Below are positions 19,966 through 28,827 of a stretch of DNA of 64,000 bases, in pieces (the stretch's first letter is position 1; each line of letters starts with the position of its first letter). The DNA is from Pseudomonadota bacterium (GTDB lineage Bacteria > Pseudomonadota > Alphaproteobacteria > UBA8366). The DNA lies in NCBI GenBank assembly GCA_036337155.1, contig JAYZET010000010.1, forward strand, positions 85,630 to 149,629, written 5' to 3'. The translations under genes were made by a program, and so were the position numbers. Under the pieces are notes generated by a model. That model was not told where the DNA came from, searched no databases, and worked only from the letters and a program-made list of their open reading frames with translations.

Positions 19966-19992
19966 TTGGGCCTCCTATTAGGTATTTGCGGG

Positions 19993-20922
19993 TCATGTCG
20001 GTTCGGGCGACATCCCTGCTGCTGTCTCTTCTTGTAAGGATGAGGTATCGGCGTCGGTCTGCTTCACATCAGCGCTGGACCCATCAACTTTGTTGTTCTC
20101 CCCCTGGGGGTCCGTCGCTATATGGGGATCATTCAGTTTTGCAGTGTTCTCTTTCAGATCGGATCCGATCGATGTCTCGGGTTCTAGAGAATTTGTATTG
20201 ACCTCTTCAATTGAGGTGGGTTCGACGTTCTCTGGCCTTAGCGGTTCGGCCGAAATTTCTAGTTTGGGTGCTTCGCGGCGTGGGGTCATTTGGGCAATGG
20301 CATTGATTTCACGCCGTGTCGGTTCCAAAAGTCTATCCGCTTCGCCTTCACTCCATCTGATGCGGCAGTCTACGGGACCCAGAGATGTGTCTTCAGTAAC
20401 GTGCACTGCACCGCTAAACCCGATTTTACTTATTAAGTTGACCAGATTTCGCTCGACATCGAGTACCAAATCTTTGGCGACGAATACAGTGACCCTGGGT
20501 TCTTCCAAGATCCTAGAGAGGATATCGCCAACAAATGTTTCTATTTCCTTTGTTCCGACCGTTTGTATAAATTGCGGCAATAATTTTTCTGCGGCGGTGA
20601 TGGCAAGATCAATTGTCTCTCGCGCAATCAGTTCATTTGCCGAATGCTGTTGCTCATCCAGCCGGTTGAGCGTTGTGCCAACAACCTCCAGTGTCTTAGA
20701 CACCTTTTGTTCGATACTGTTCATCGTTTCCTGCCGGCCCGCTTGTAATCCGTCTTTATAAGCAACTTCGCGCGCTTCCTGCAGTTCCTCTTCGGAAAAT
20801 GTCGGTGATAAGTCTTCCTCTTCCTCTTGTCGGACGACTTCGACGTCTTCAGTGGTGCCGATCATGTCGAATGATTGTTCGAAGACGAAGGGGCGAATTT
20901 CTTTTTTGTGTCCTTGATTCAT
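19993..20922 (-). CDS. fliH: flagellar assembly protein FliH (FlbE-like) with about 100-aa acidic C-terminal extension
   Basis: 309 aa. The charged coiled-coil N-half and central FliH/YscL-like pattern, plus the position between fliF and fliN, support the call. The tail after about residue 205 is low-complexity and rich in E/P/S/T. Confidence 0.65.
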   Translation of the reverse strand: MNQGHKKEIRPFVFEQSFDMIGTTEDVEVVRQEEEEDLSPTFSEEELQEAREVAYKDGLQAGRQETMNSIEQKVSKTLEVVGTTLNRLDEQQHSANELIARETIDLAITAAEKLLPQFIQTVGTKEIETFVGDILSRILEEPRVTVFVAKDLVLDVERNLVNLISKIGFSGAVHVTEDTSLGPVDCRIRWSEGEADRLLEPTRREINAIAQMTPRREAPKLEISAEPLRPENVEPTSIEEVNTNSLEPETSIGSDLKENTAKLNDPHIATDPQGENNKVDGSSADVKQTDADTSSLQEETAAGMSPEPT

Positions 20923-21269
20923 TTATTTACCCCCCCTTTGACAGCGGTTTTGCCACCTCAACTGATTAGCTCTTTGCCAGGACTATCATTGAAGGCGATC
21001 TCGGCCTTTATGGACAGAACGTCCTTTATGTCGACGATCTCCGAATATTTAGGCACGTTCTTCTCCCGTGATATTCTTGAGGATGAGTTAGGTCGCTTCC
21101 GAGGTAGCGCTTAGGCCACCCGGCGCGGGTATTGTCCAATTAAATTCGGTGAACAGTTTTGTTGCATATCTGCCCCTCCTGACATGATCAAGTTGGCCAT
21201 ATTTTCGCGTCGGTTTAGGATGTGATAGTCACCATTAACGCGCATTAGTTAGGCTACTCCAACTTCCAG

Positions 21270-22970
21270 TTATTGCTCTTGATACATCCAGTTTCGAATA
21301 ATGGATACCGCTTCGTCCGGGTGTTTCTCGATGATTTCTCCGACCTTCCGTAAAGAAGAAGCTCGCACACGACCCTCAACTTGACCCATGTCGATAAGAG
21401 ATTCTTCTGGTTGCCCACCTGACATTGTGGGTATCATTGCACCTTCTGCTCCCATCATCGCATCGGGACCGCTGAGTTGTGCCATGTCTCCCGTCATGGT
21501 TTGCGGTGCCGTATCGGAAGGCAGCATCGGCGGCATACCTTCCATCCCGGGGGGCGGGGTCATTGCCTGCGGTGTAACCTCGAATACTTTTGCGATCAAC
21601 GGTCGAACTACAAGCAAGATGATCAGAACGCTCACGACCGCTAAGACAATGATCTCGACCATTCGCTGCAATTGGTCTGGGTCAAAACCACTAAGCAGCG
21701 TAGAACTAAAGTCATCGGCCCCGATGCCGATCGAAGCGCCGGCAAATCGCACGCTCACGATTTCGAGCTTGTCACCGCGAGAATCATCAATACCAAGGGC
21801 GGAGCGGATAATTCTTTCGTATTGCTGAAGTTGTTCGGGTGTTCGCGGAGTGAAAGTCTGCTTGCCATCCTCTCCAATGGCTTCGATGCCGTTTATGGCC
21901 ACCGCGACGGAAAGGCCAAGAATTGTTCCTGCTTCCTTTACTCTATTGATTATGCTCTTTGACACTTCAAAATTATTAGCTTCTTCTGTGCGTTGCGATT
22001 TGCTGGCGGTAGAACTTCCGCCACCCGCGCCGTCCGGAAGATTTGTCGCCACGGAAACATTGTCAGGGGATCCTTCGGCTGATTGACTGGATTCAGTCAC
22101 TGACTGCGAAGAGCGTAATACTTGCCCTTCTGGATCATAACGTTCTTCGCTGATAACTTCGCGTTGCGGGTCGACATCAGCGTAAACCTCCGCTCGAACA
22201 TTGCCGATGCCGACCATCGCCTCAAGCATTTGTTCAATTTTGCGTGCCAATCGGTTTTCGACCGAGAGCCGAAGTTCATCTGCCGTTAGACCCGAAATCC
22301 CAGCAGATTCGTCTTCCTCTCCGCCACGGGCGAGTAACGTGCCTCGATCGTCGACAATTGAAATACGAGTTATTTTTAGATTCGGAACCGCGGCGGCAAC
22401 AAGGTGTTGCACTGCCGCGACCTTTTTTCTATCGAGGCGTGCAGCGCCGCGCATTTTTAAAATAACAGAGGCGCTTGGCTCTTGCTGTTGGCGGCTAAAC
22501 AATTCTCGGCGGGGCAGCACGAGATGAACCCGTGCGCTTTTGACTGTGGCGATGCTGCTAATTGACCGACCTAGTTCCCCTTCCATCGCGCGTAAATTGT
22601 TGACGTTCTGTACAAAATTTGATGTACCTAGCCCTTGATCTTTGTCGAACAACTCATACCCAATGTTACCGCCAGCTGGCAGACCGCGCTCCGCCATTGC
22701 CATTCGGGCATTACCAACTTCGGTGGCCGGAACTAAAACTTGGGTTCCACCCGATGCCAACTCGCCCGTTATATTCAGGGATTGCAGTTCGTTAACGATT
22801 TGTGTCGCCTCAGCGGGGTCGAGGTCGCCATACAGAAGTGAAAGGCTAGGGGTCCATAGTCGGGTCGTAATGAAGATAAAAAACATCACAAGCCCACTTG
22901 AAACCGCACCCATCATGGCAAGTCGCGCACCGCCAAGATTTTTGATTGCATCGACCAGTGGGTTCATCAC
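21270..22970 (-). CDS. fliF: flagellar MS-ring protein FliF
   Basis: 566 aa with two TM segments flanking a YscJ/FliF periplasmic domain. C-terminal FliG-binding-type helix (GEIIEKHPDEAVSIIRNWM). Confidence 0.9.
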   Translation of the reverse strand: MMNPLVDAIKNLGGARLAMMGAVSSGLVMFFIFITTRLWTPSLSLLYGDLDPAEATQIVNELQSLNITGELASGGTQVLVPATEVGNARMAMAERGLPAGGNIGYELFDKDQGLGTSNFVQNVNNLRAMEGELGRSISSIATVKSARVHLVLPRRELFSRQQQEPSASVILKMRGAARLDRKKVAAVQHLVAAAVPNLKITRISIVDDRGTLLARGGEEDESAGISGLTADELRLSVENRLARKIEQMLEAMVGIGNVRAEVYADVDPQREVISEERYDPEGQVLRSSQSVTESSQSAEGSPDNVSVATNLPDGAGGGSSTASKSQRTEEANNFEVSKSIINRVKEAGTILGLSVAVAINGIEAIGEDGKQTFTPRTPEQLQQYERIIRSALGIDDSRGDKLEIVSVRFAGASIGIGADDFSSTLLSGFDPDQLQRMVEIIVLAVVSVLIILLVVRPLIAKVFEVTPQAMTPPPGMEGMPPMLPSDTAPQTMTGDMAQLSGPDAMMGAEGAMIPTMSGGQPEESLIDMGQVEGRVRASSLRKVGEIIEKHPDEAVSIIRNWMYQEQ

Positions 22971-23142
22971 GGTCGTCCTTGTGTCATGACACTATACCGT
23001 TCCTTGTTAGTGTACCTTTTAAATTCAGGCTGCAATAGTCCGACTAGTGCGCCCTTTCAATATACGCAGGTGAACCAAAAGCATGCAGATTCGATTCATC
23101 AATTATAATATTAGCGGGTTTTATAATAAAAATGAAGTGAAA

Positions 23143-23163
23143 ACTCGGCAAATTTTGCCGAGT
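23143..23163. promoter_or_regulatory. perfect 21-bp palindrome ACTCGGCAAA-T-TTTGCCGAGT containing the GGCA-N5-TGCC dyad (candidate FlbD-type operator upstream of fliF)
   Basis: Read directly from the sequence: 10+1+10 perfect dyad about 175-190 bp upstream of the fliF ATG. I found no sigma-54 promoter within about 150 bp on either strand. On the minus strand it could alternatively act as a hairpin followed by TTTTC. Confidence 0.4.
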
Positions 23164-23792
23164 ATTAAAAAAAAAACTAACAGAAGGTGGTATAATAGAT
23201 CGTATTTGGAGTTTAGATGAAATACTGAATCGAGATAAAGAGCTACCGACACATTCAAATAGACCCAGTTATTACTTAGATTTGTTATAGCTAATCAGAG
23301 AAATATAATACTTTATAATATTTGGATACGTATTTTAGACTGTTAATAGCCGTCTTCGCACGGCGGGTGTGATACTCCCTTAGACCCATTAGTCGCAATA
23401 CACTGGCCCCATGGTCGCTTGATAAATCATGACCAATAACCGGATATAGCAAGGGTGGCGATATAAATACGCAATAGGTTCTTTAAAGTATTAAGAACTT
23501 CGCTTCAACTGGTTAGGTTATTTTTGCTTTACGCCTAATCATCCAGCGATTGGCGATATTTAGAAGAACAACCCCTGTTTTTTTTGGAGTTGAATTATTT
23601 GTGCGGAAATTGGAATTTTTTTCTTATCGCTTTGCACCTTTTTTGTTTTTAGGCCAAGCTACGTAATTCAATCGTGTGAAATCAATCAATTTCAAGAAGT
23701 ATCGCTGCCGCCATTATGCTTCAGGGATAATTTTTTTCTCTAACTATATTTAAAGCCGGGATACGGCTTAAAGTTGGGATGATTTATGAGGA

Positions 23793-23835
23793 TGAAAAAA
23801 AATAATGCCCGGATTGGATGTATTCCAATCCGGGC
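23793..23835 (-). terminator. rho-independent terminator downstream of flgE
   Basis: Stem GCCCGGATTGGA / TCCAATCCGGGC (23807..23835, 12 bp, 5-nt loop), followed on the minus strand by ATTATTTTTTTTC. It lies 39 nt after the flgE stop. Confidence 0.75.
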
Positions 23836-23873
23836 TGAGCGAAAACTCGTGCGATTATAAAAAAGGGAACACT

Positions 23874-25256
23874 TTATCGGATAATACGCGTCAGTTCTTC
23901 CAGCATTTCATCGGCGGTTGTTATTATCCGTGTGCTCGCTGAGAAGGCTCGCTGCGTTACAATCATTCTAGTGAACTCGTCAGCAAGATCAACAGTCGAG
24001 GCCTCTAACGCAGCGGGTGCTATCTGGCCACCGCCACCGCGGCCTGGTTCAAGGGCTACGGCAGGACCTGAATCCGTGGTCTCAACATATACGTTGCCTG
24101 TTCTCTCCGTTAATCCGTTGGGATTGTTAAATGTGATTACCGGTACTTGGAAGATATCCCTCGTTTCACCGTTATCGAATAGCGCTGTTGTGATACCAGC
24201 TTCATCGATATTTACCGATGATAAAGAACCAAATTGTTTACCATTCTGCTCAATGAAGTTTGGGGTAAAATTACCCTGAAATTGAGTGAAACCATCAGCT
24301 TGAGCCGGCGTACCGAAATCGAGGGCAATGGTCACGCGATCCGCAGTAGAGGCCAGTGACTGATCGAAATCAAAGCTTACGTCAAACTGAGTATTTGTGG
24401 AATCTACAACACCTACTCCACCAGATCCAAACGCTGCTGCGATGGACGATAGTGTACCGTCAGTATTGAACGTAATCGTTCCAATGGATGTACTCGTTGT
24501 CCCATTAATTAGCGCGATGTCGTCGCTAGTTGCGGTACCGGTTAATGAATTAGTTGAGTCCGCACCGCTATTATTTTGGTCCGGATCAACAAAGGAGGCG
24601 CCAGTGATTGTTGCTGTTATGTCCCACTGATTGGTCGTGCTTGTTTTTGTAAAGGTCAATGCAAGAGCGTGCTGACCGCCTTGTCTATCGAAAACCTGTG
24701 CCGTAAGACTATTAGCGTCACCAGATGTTGCTGATGCCGGCAAATTAGCTCCCATTTCAATAGTCGATGTAAACACAGGCGCCGACGTCAGGTTGGCGAC
24801 GTTTAGAACAGAAAACGCGGTTAAAACGTTTGTCTGTTGAACTGTACCATTACTATCTATCGGCCAACCCGTAAGAGTAAATCCGCCGGAATTGACGAGA
24901 TTGCCGTCTTTATCAGGCCGAAACTCACCAGCTCGAGTGAAAAAGATATTTCCGCTGCCATCGGTTTGATCATTTACTGCAAAAAAACCAGAACCAGAGA
25001 TTGCGATATCGGTCGAGACTGAAGATGCGGTCAACAACCCTTGAGCATCGATTTCTCGCTCTACTTTAGACTGGACGCCACCTGGCGAATGCAGATTTTG
25101 CGCAGCTTGTGCGGTTACGAGAGTAGAGAAACGTGGCCTAACTGCTTTGAATCCGACTGTGTTAACGTTTGCGATATTATCCGCTATCATGCCAAGTGCT
25201 TGGCTCTGTGAAAACAGGCCTGTCACGCCGGATCGCATTGCACCGAAAATACTCAT
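23874..25256 (-). CDS. flgE: flagellar hook protein FlgE
   Basis: 460 aa. N-terminal MSIFGAMRSGVTGL..ANNIANVNTVGFK rod/hook motif and a C-terminal flagellar basal-body rod domain (VDLADEFTRMIVTQRAFSA). Confidence 0.9.
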   Translation of the reverse strand: MSIFGAMRSGVTGLFSQSQALGMIADNIANVNTVGFKAVRPRFSTLVTAQAAQNLHSPGGVQSKVEREIDAQGLLTASSVSTDIAISGSGFFAVNDQTDGSGNIFFTRAGEFRPDKDGNLVNSGGFTLTGWPIDSNGTVQQTNVLTAFSVLNVANLTSAPVFTSTIEMGANLPASATSGDANSLTAQVFDRQGGQHALALTFTKTSTTNQWDITATITGASFVDPDQNNSGADSTNSLTGTATSDDIALINGTTSTSIGTITFNTDGTLSSIAAAFGSGGVGVVDSTNTQFDVSFDFDQSLASTADRVTIALDFGTPAQADGFTQFQGNFTPNFIEQNGKQFGSLSSVNIDEAGITTALFDNGETRDIFQVPVITFNNPNGLTERTGNVYVETTDSGPAVALEPGRGGGGQIAPAALEASTVDLADEFTRMIVTQRAFSASTRIITTADEMLEELTRIIR

Positions 25257-25335
25257 CTTAAACTACCTCTTTTGCGCTCTTTTAGAGTATGTCATTGTTG
25301 TCGATGTTCTCGTAAGTCATCTCGTCTTTTTTTAG

Positions 25336-26007
25336 TTATAGACCGCTCAATTCTTGTTCGACGCCGTTGATATCAGAGAGCGGTACCGGAACTTGCCCCA
25401 TTAACAGGATCGCATTGCCGTTCTCGAATTGAACTCCAGTAACTGTCCCGAACACAGTCTGATCGTGCGGAATAATTTCGTCTGCGGTGTCCTTCGCGGT
25501 AATCGTAAAAGTATAGGCGCCGTCGGGCTGTTTGATGCCCTGATTATTGTTGCCATCCCATTGGAAGGTATGGATACCGGCAGACGTTGGTAGGTCGCGT
25601 GTGAAGACGACATCACCAGAGCTGTTGCTGATGTTGAGTCGCGTCGTCAACGCGTTTTTCGGCAGGAAGTAAGTGGTCTTGGCAACGCTGTTTTCGAGCT
25701 GCGTTTGGTTGCCGTTGGCTTCTATGATCTGCCCGATATATTCGACCGAACCAAGTGCCACAGAGTTCTGCTGCAGCGTCACCAGACTTTCGAGATTCTT
25801 ATTCTGCTGCACCTGCTGCTCGACGCTTGAGAACAAGACTAACTGATTGGTGAATTCGTGGGTATCGAGTGGCGATAACGGGTCCTGGAATTGGAGTTGC
25901 GTCGTCAGGATCGTCAAGAAATTATCCAAATTGTTGGACAAATCCGCCAGTGCTTGGCTCGATGCGCCTGAGACGGCGCTACTATTATTTGAAGCAGCTG
26001 CAACCAC
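25336..26007 (-). CDS. flgD: flagellar hook capping/assembly protein FlgD
   Basis: 223 aa. FLTILTTQLQFQDPLSPLD FlgD N-terminal motif plus an Ig-like C-terminal domain. Confidence 0.85.
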   Translation of the reverse strand: MVAAASNNSSAVSGASSQALADLSNNLDNFLTILTTQLQFQDPLSPLDTHEFTNQLVLFSSVEQQVQQNKNLESLVTLQQNSVALGSVEYIGQIIEANGNQTQLENSVAKTTYFLPKNALTTRLNISNSSGDVVFTRDLPTSAGIHTFQWDGNNNQGIKQPDGAYTFTITAKDTADEIIPHDQTVFGTVTGVQFENGNAILLMGQVPVPLSDINGVEQELSGL

Positions 26008-26026
26008 TTGTCTTACTCCTCAAGCG

Positions 26027-27622
26027 TTAGACTTGTACGTTGATACGACCGTCTGAAGCCGCTGCTTCAGCGGCGAGCAATGCGGATTCTTCCGCACTTA
26101 GTTCATCCCCGTCCCCAGTATCCGAGGCTTTCTCCTTGTTGTCTCTTGGGGCCTGCCCCCGGTCGGCCATCTCTTGCTCGAATTTGCTACCTTCGCCGCG
26201 AAGGTTGAAGCTCAGGCTGTTCGAATCCGTATTAAGGCCAGCGTCCTGCAGAGCCTGGCGAAGTCCGGCTGCGTCACGCTGCAGCAAATCCAGCGTGTCG
26301 GACCGTTCGGCGCTTACCACCGCCATCGCCCGACCATCCTCGGTCACTTCGAGTTTCACTTCGACTCGCCCCAGCTCCGCTGGCTTCAATTGAATACGGA
26401 TGTGATCCGAACCCTGGCCGACAGCCTTCTTAATTTGTACGGCGACTTGACTGGTCACCTCTTGAGGCGGTACCGGCGGACGAGCAGGGCGGGGGGCCTG
26501 AGACTGCTGACTGCGCTGTGAAGATTGTCCGTTGTTGTTGGCGCCAGGTCCGCCAGCGATTGGATCCGCAATTGTTTGTCCTGTCTGGAGGCCCATATCA
26601 GCTCGTGGCGTCGTAACAGCGGTCATTTGCGTTTGTTGGATCGCTTGCGCCGGTAACAGTGGCGGCGCCATTTGTGGCTGAGGGGGCGGTCCCGCAGGAG
26701 GGTTTTGTGTTTGTCCGGCTTGAGGCTGTGTCGGTTGCGAACGCTCCTGCCTTCCGATGTTGCCATGGTTTGCCAAGGAAGGGCGAACCTCACCATCCAA
26801 ATCTTCTGCGGGAGTAGTAACGATCTCGGCGGACGGTTTCGCCGGTTTATCAGTTTGGGCCGCTAAGGCAACCCCGGCGGCGAGGCTACTGGTCGGCTGA
26901 GACATCATGTCTTCCTGTACCTTCGTCACTTGCACACCGGCCTTTTGATGGTTCGCTGTGCTGGAGACATTGCTTGATTGCGGCTGGCTAGTCGCGTAGC
27001 GGGATCTCGGCAGCTCCTCGAGTGTGACGGTTTCGTTAGGCTTAGCTCGTAATTGCGCAGTAGCGGTTCCTGCGTCTTGTGGGGTTTGGCGCATCAGTTG
27101 CGTATCCGAGGCACGTCGTGCTTCTGCGGCGTTGGCAGAACGGGTTTCGTCAACGCCATTTACTAGGTTTTGTGGGCCCAAGGCTAGCGATTCAGCGGGA
27201 TCGACAACGGTGACTTCTCCACTGTGACCTTTGTTATTTCGATTTCCCTTTGCGTTTTGTTGATACAGAAGTTCTTCTTCGTGGCCGTCCGTGGAGCCCT
27301 TAAATTGATTCTTGAGTTCGCGCGGCGTGCGAGTCGACTCAATCATAGCGGCGTCACCTTGCATTAGACCAAGGCCTTCGTATTTAAGATTATCTTCGCC
27401 CATCCTTGCTTCGTGGGCGACGGTTTGATCCTGCATGTTTAGGGTTTCGTCGAATTCGTCGTTGGAACCCATGTAAGCGACTTGTTTAACGCCTGTTGTC
27501 GAGAGTAGCTGGGAGAACAAATTGCTATTTGTGCTGAACGCAGAGTTCTTCGCGCCTTTATCAGCATCCATACTGTCTGCACCGATGAGACCGAATGGAT
27601 TGTCGATTGCTGAAAGCGTCAT
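26027..27622 (-). CDS. fliK: flagellar hook-length control protein FliK
   Basis: Pro/Gln-rich centre and a C-terminal Flg_hook block IRIQLKPAELGRVEVKLEVTEDGRAMAVVSAERSDTLDLLQRD. The track start at 27658 lies only 4 nt from the -12 element of the promoter at 27662..27677, so I use the next ATG (27622, MTLSAID..). Confidence 0.85.
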   Translation of the reverse strand: MTLSAIDNPFGLIGADSMDADKGAKNSAFSTNSNLFSQLLSTTGVKQVAYMGSNDEFDETLNMQDQTVAHEARMGEDNLKYEGLGLMQGDAAMIESTRTPRELKNQFKGSTDGHEEELLYQQNAKGNRNNKGHSGEVTVVDPAESLALGPQNLVNGVDETRSANAAEARRASDTQLMRQTPQDAGTATAQLRAKPNETVTLEELPRSRYATSQPQSSNVSSTANHQKAGVQVTKVQEDMMSQPTSSLAAGVALAAQTDKPAKPSAEIVTTPAEDLDGEVRPSLANHGNIGRQERSQPTQPQAGQTQNPPAGPPPQPQMAPPLLPAQAIQQTQMTAVTTPRADMGLQTGQTIADPIAGGPGANNNGQSSQRSQQSQAPRPARPPVPPQEVTSQVAVQIKKAVGQGSDHIRIQLKPAELGRVEVKLEVTEDGRAMAVVSAERSDTLDLLQRDAAGLRQALQDAGLNTDSNSLSFNLRGEGSKFEQEMADRGQAPRDNKEKASDTGDGDELSAEESALLAAEAAASDGRINVQV

Positions 27623-27661
27623 AGTCTGGTTTCCGGATACTATTGTTTGCACTGCCATAGC

Positions 27662-27677
27662 TGCATCCGGCGTGCCA
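27662..27677 (-). promoter_or_regulatory. sigma-54 promoter of the fliK-flgD-flgE hook operon
   Basis: The minus strand reads TGGCAC-GCCGG-ATGCA, against the consensus TGGCAC-N5-TTGCA. Confidence 0.65.
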
Positions 27678-27774
27678 ATGCCTACAGAATTGATTTTACT
27701 AATTTAATTGGTGTAATTATCGTGGGCTGTCGGCAAACTTCACCATGCCTAAGGCAATTACTTCACGTCTCGAT

Positions 27775-27787
27775 GGCAGAATCTGCC
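27775..27787. promoter_or_regulatory. GGCA-N5-TGCC dyad (candidate enhancer/UAS for the hook-operon promoter)
   Basis: GGCAGAATCTGCC, exact dyad. Its centre is 104 bp upstream of the promoter 5-prime end. Confidence 0.45.
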
Positions 27788-27977
27788 CAATGCTGGGAAG
27801 ATCACAGCCCACAAGGAAACGATTTTAAGTCATTTGGGAATAATACATCTCTCTTGACGTTTTCGGCCATAAAAATTTGAACCGTTCCGTTAAAAGATGA
27901 GGACGGTGGGCACGATGTAATATTTTCCGACTAATCGTTTAGTCGGTTGAGTAGTTCCTCGTCGGAACCATGCAAGT

Positions 27978-28412
27978 TTAAACGGCTTCGTCGATCACTG
28001 CGCCGTTTAAATCGTTATCGGTGCGTTGCGCAGGAGGCTCTAGTTGTTCGCTCACGAACCGGACGAATTCCTCTGAGGGGATCTGTTCAATCACCTGGTC
28101 GGTGCGCGTATCTACAACCTCAAGGAAGACCTTGTTTAGTTCATTATTGAAACCAACTTGCGTCCGGCGGCTGGAGAACTTGAGGCTGTCGAGAGCTTGT
28201 TGAGCGCTTTTCAGCTCGGGTAAATCCTGCCGTGTCAAACTCTTGCCATTGTCGTTTTCGGGCCCGTTTGACTGACTAGATTGGCTGACGACAGCATCAG
28301 GATTGCTTTGTAATGTTTTTACGGCCGAACCGCCGCCAGGTATAGGATTACTGCCGCTTTGAGAACCGGATTGCGATTGCAGAGATGGTAATGATGAAAA
28401 ATTGACGTCCAT
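27978..28412 (-). CDS. flaG: FlaG-family flagellar protein
   Basis: The C-terminal block VGFNNELNKVFLEVVDTRTDQVIEQIPSEEFVRF matches the FlaG signature. I chose ATG 28412 (GGGAGG 6 nt upstream). The longer track ORF would begin inside the sigma-54 promoter. Confidence 0.65.
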   Translation of the reverse strand: MDVNFSSLPSLQSQSGSQSGSNPIPGGGSAVKTLQSNPDAVVSQSSQSNGPENDNGKSLTRQDLPELKSAQQALDSLKFSSRRTQVGFNNELNKVFLEVVDTRTDQVIEQIPSEEFVRFVSEQLEPPAQRTDNDLNGAVIDEAV

Positions 28413-28593
28413 TTGAACCTCCCGTGATGGCATTCTGCTACACGTGATGGCCACGGCGCTGAGCAATTTATCGTTGGGCCCAAGTGCCGCTTGTGTCCCA
28501 GTTATAGCGGAGCAATTCTGGCCCGCTAGGACCGGTTCACTGTCGCCCAAGCCCGACGGCATCATTGCCAGCCGGCAGGCGCACCTGAATACA

Positions 28594-28609
28594 TGCAATG
28601 TGTATGCCA
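28594..28609 (-). promoter_or_regulatory. sigma-54 promoter upstream of flaG
   Basis: The minus strand reads TGGCAT-ACACA-TTGCA. This implies a leader of roughly 170 nt to the ATG at 28412. Confidence 0.65.
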
Positions 28610-28705
28610 ATTCAGCCTGTTTGAAGTTGTTTAAAATATTATTTTAACCCATTGAAAATAAATGAAATTCTAATTTCATAGATGAATGTGTTTCCGTAAT
28701 GATAC

Positions 28706-28718
28706 GGCATAAATTGCC
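28706..28718. promoter_or_regulatory. GGCA-N5-TGCC dyad (candidate UAS for the flaG promoter)
   Basis: GGCATAAATTGCC, exact. Its centre is 103 bp upstream of the promoter 5-prime end. Confidence 0.45.
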
Positions 28719-28827
28719 TCCAGTGAACCCATTAGAAACGTCAAATCTGCACTATGGAGTGATTTGTTGCTATTCTCATTTTTGATTGTTGATAATAATA
28801 ACGACATTTCAATAAGTTATGCTGATC

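Noticed and set aside
20090-20761. 223-aa plus-strand ORF antisense to fliH, plus similar long antisense ORFs such as 783..1181, 13365..13754, 21388..21828, 48586..49104, 51992..52438 and 59670..60206
   Set aside because: Each lies wholly inside a confidently identified gene on the opposite strand. They have Ser/Arg/Cys-rich low-complexity translations and no recognisable motifs, so they are shadow ORFs.
28413-28610. N-terminal extensions of the track ORFs for flaG (to 28610), fliK (to 27658) and flgI (to 53232)
   Set aside because: In all three cases the extended start codon lies within or immediately beside a well-formed sigma-54 promoter. It would therefore lie upstream of the predicted transcription start. 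Downstream starts with better SD or signal-peptide context exist.
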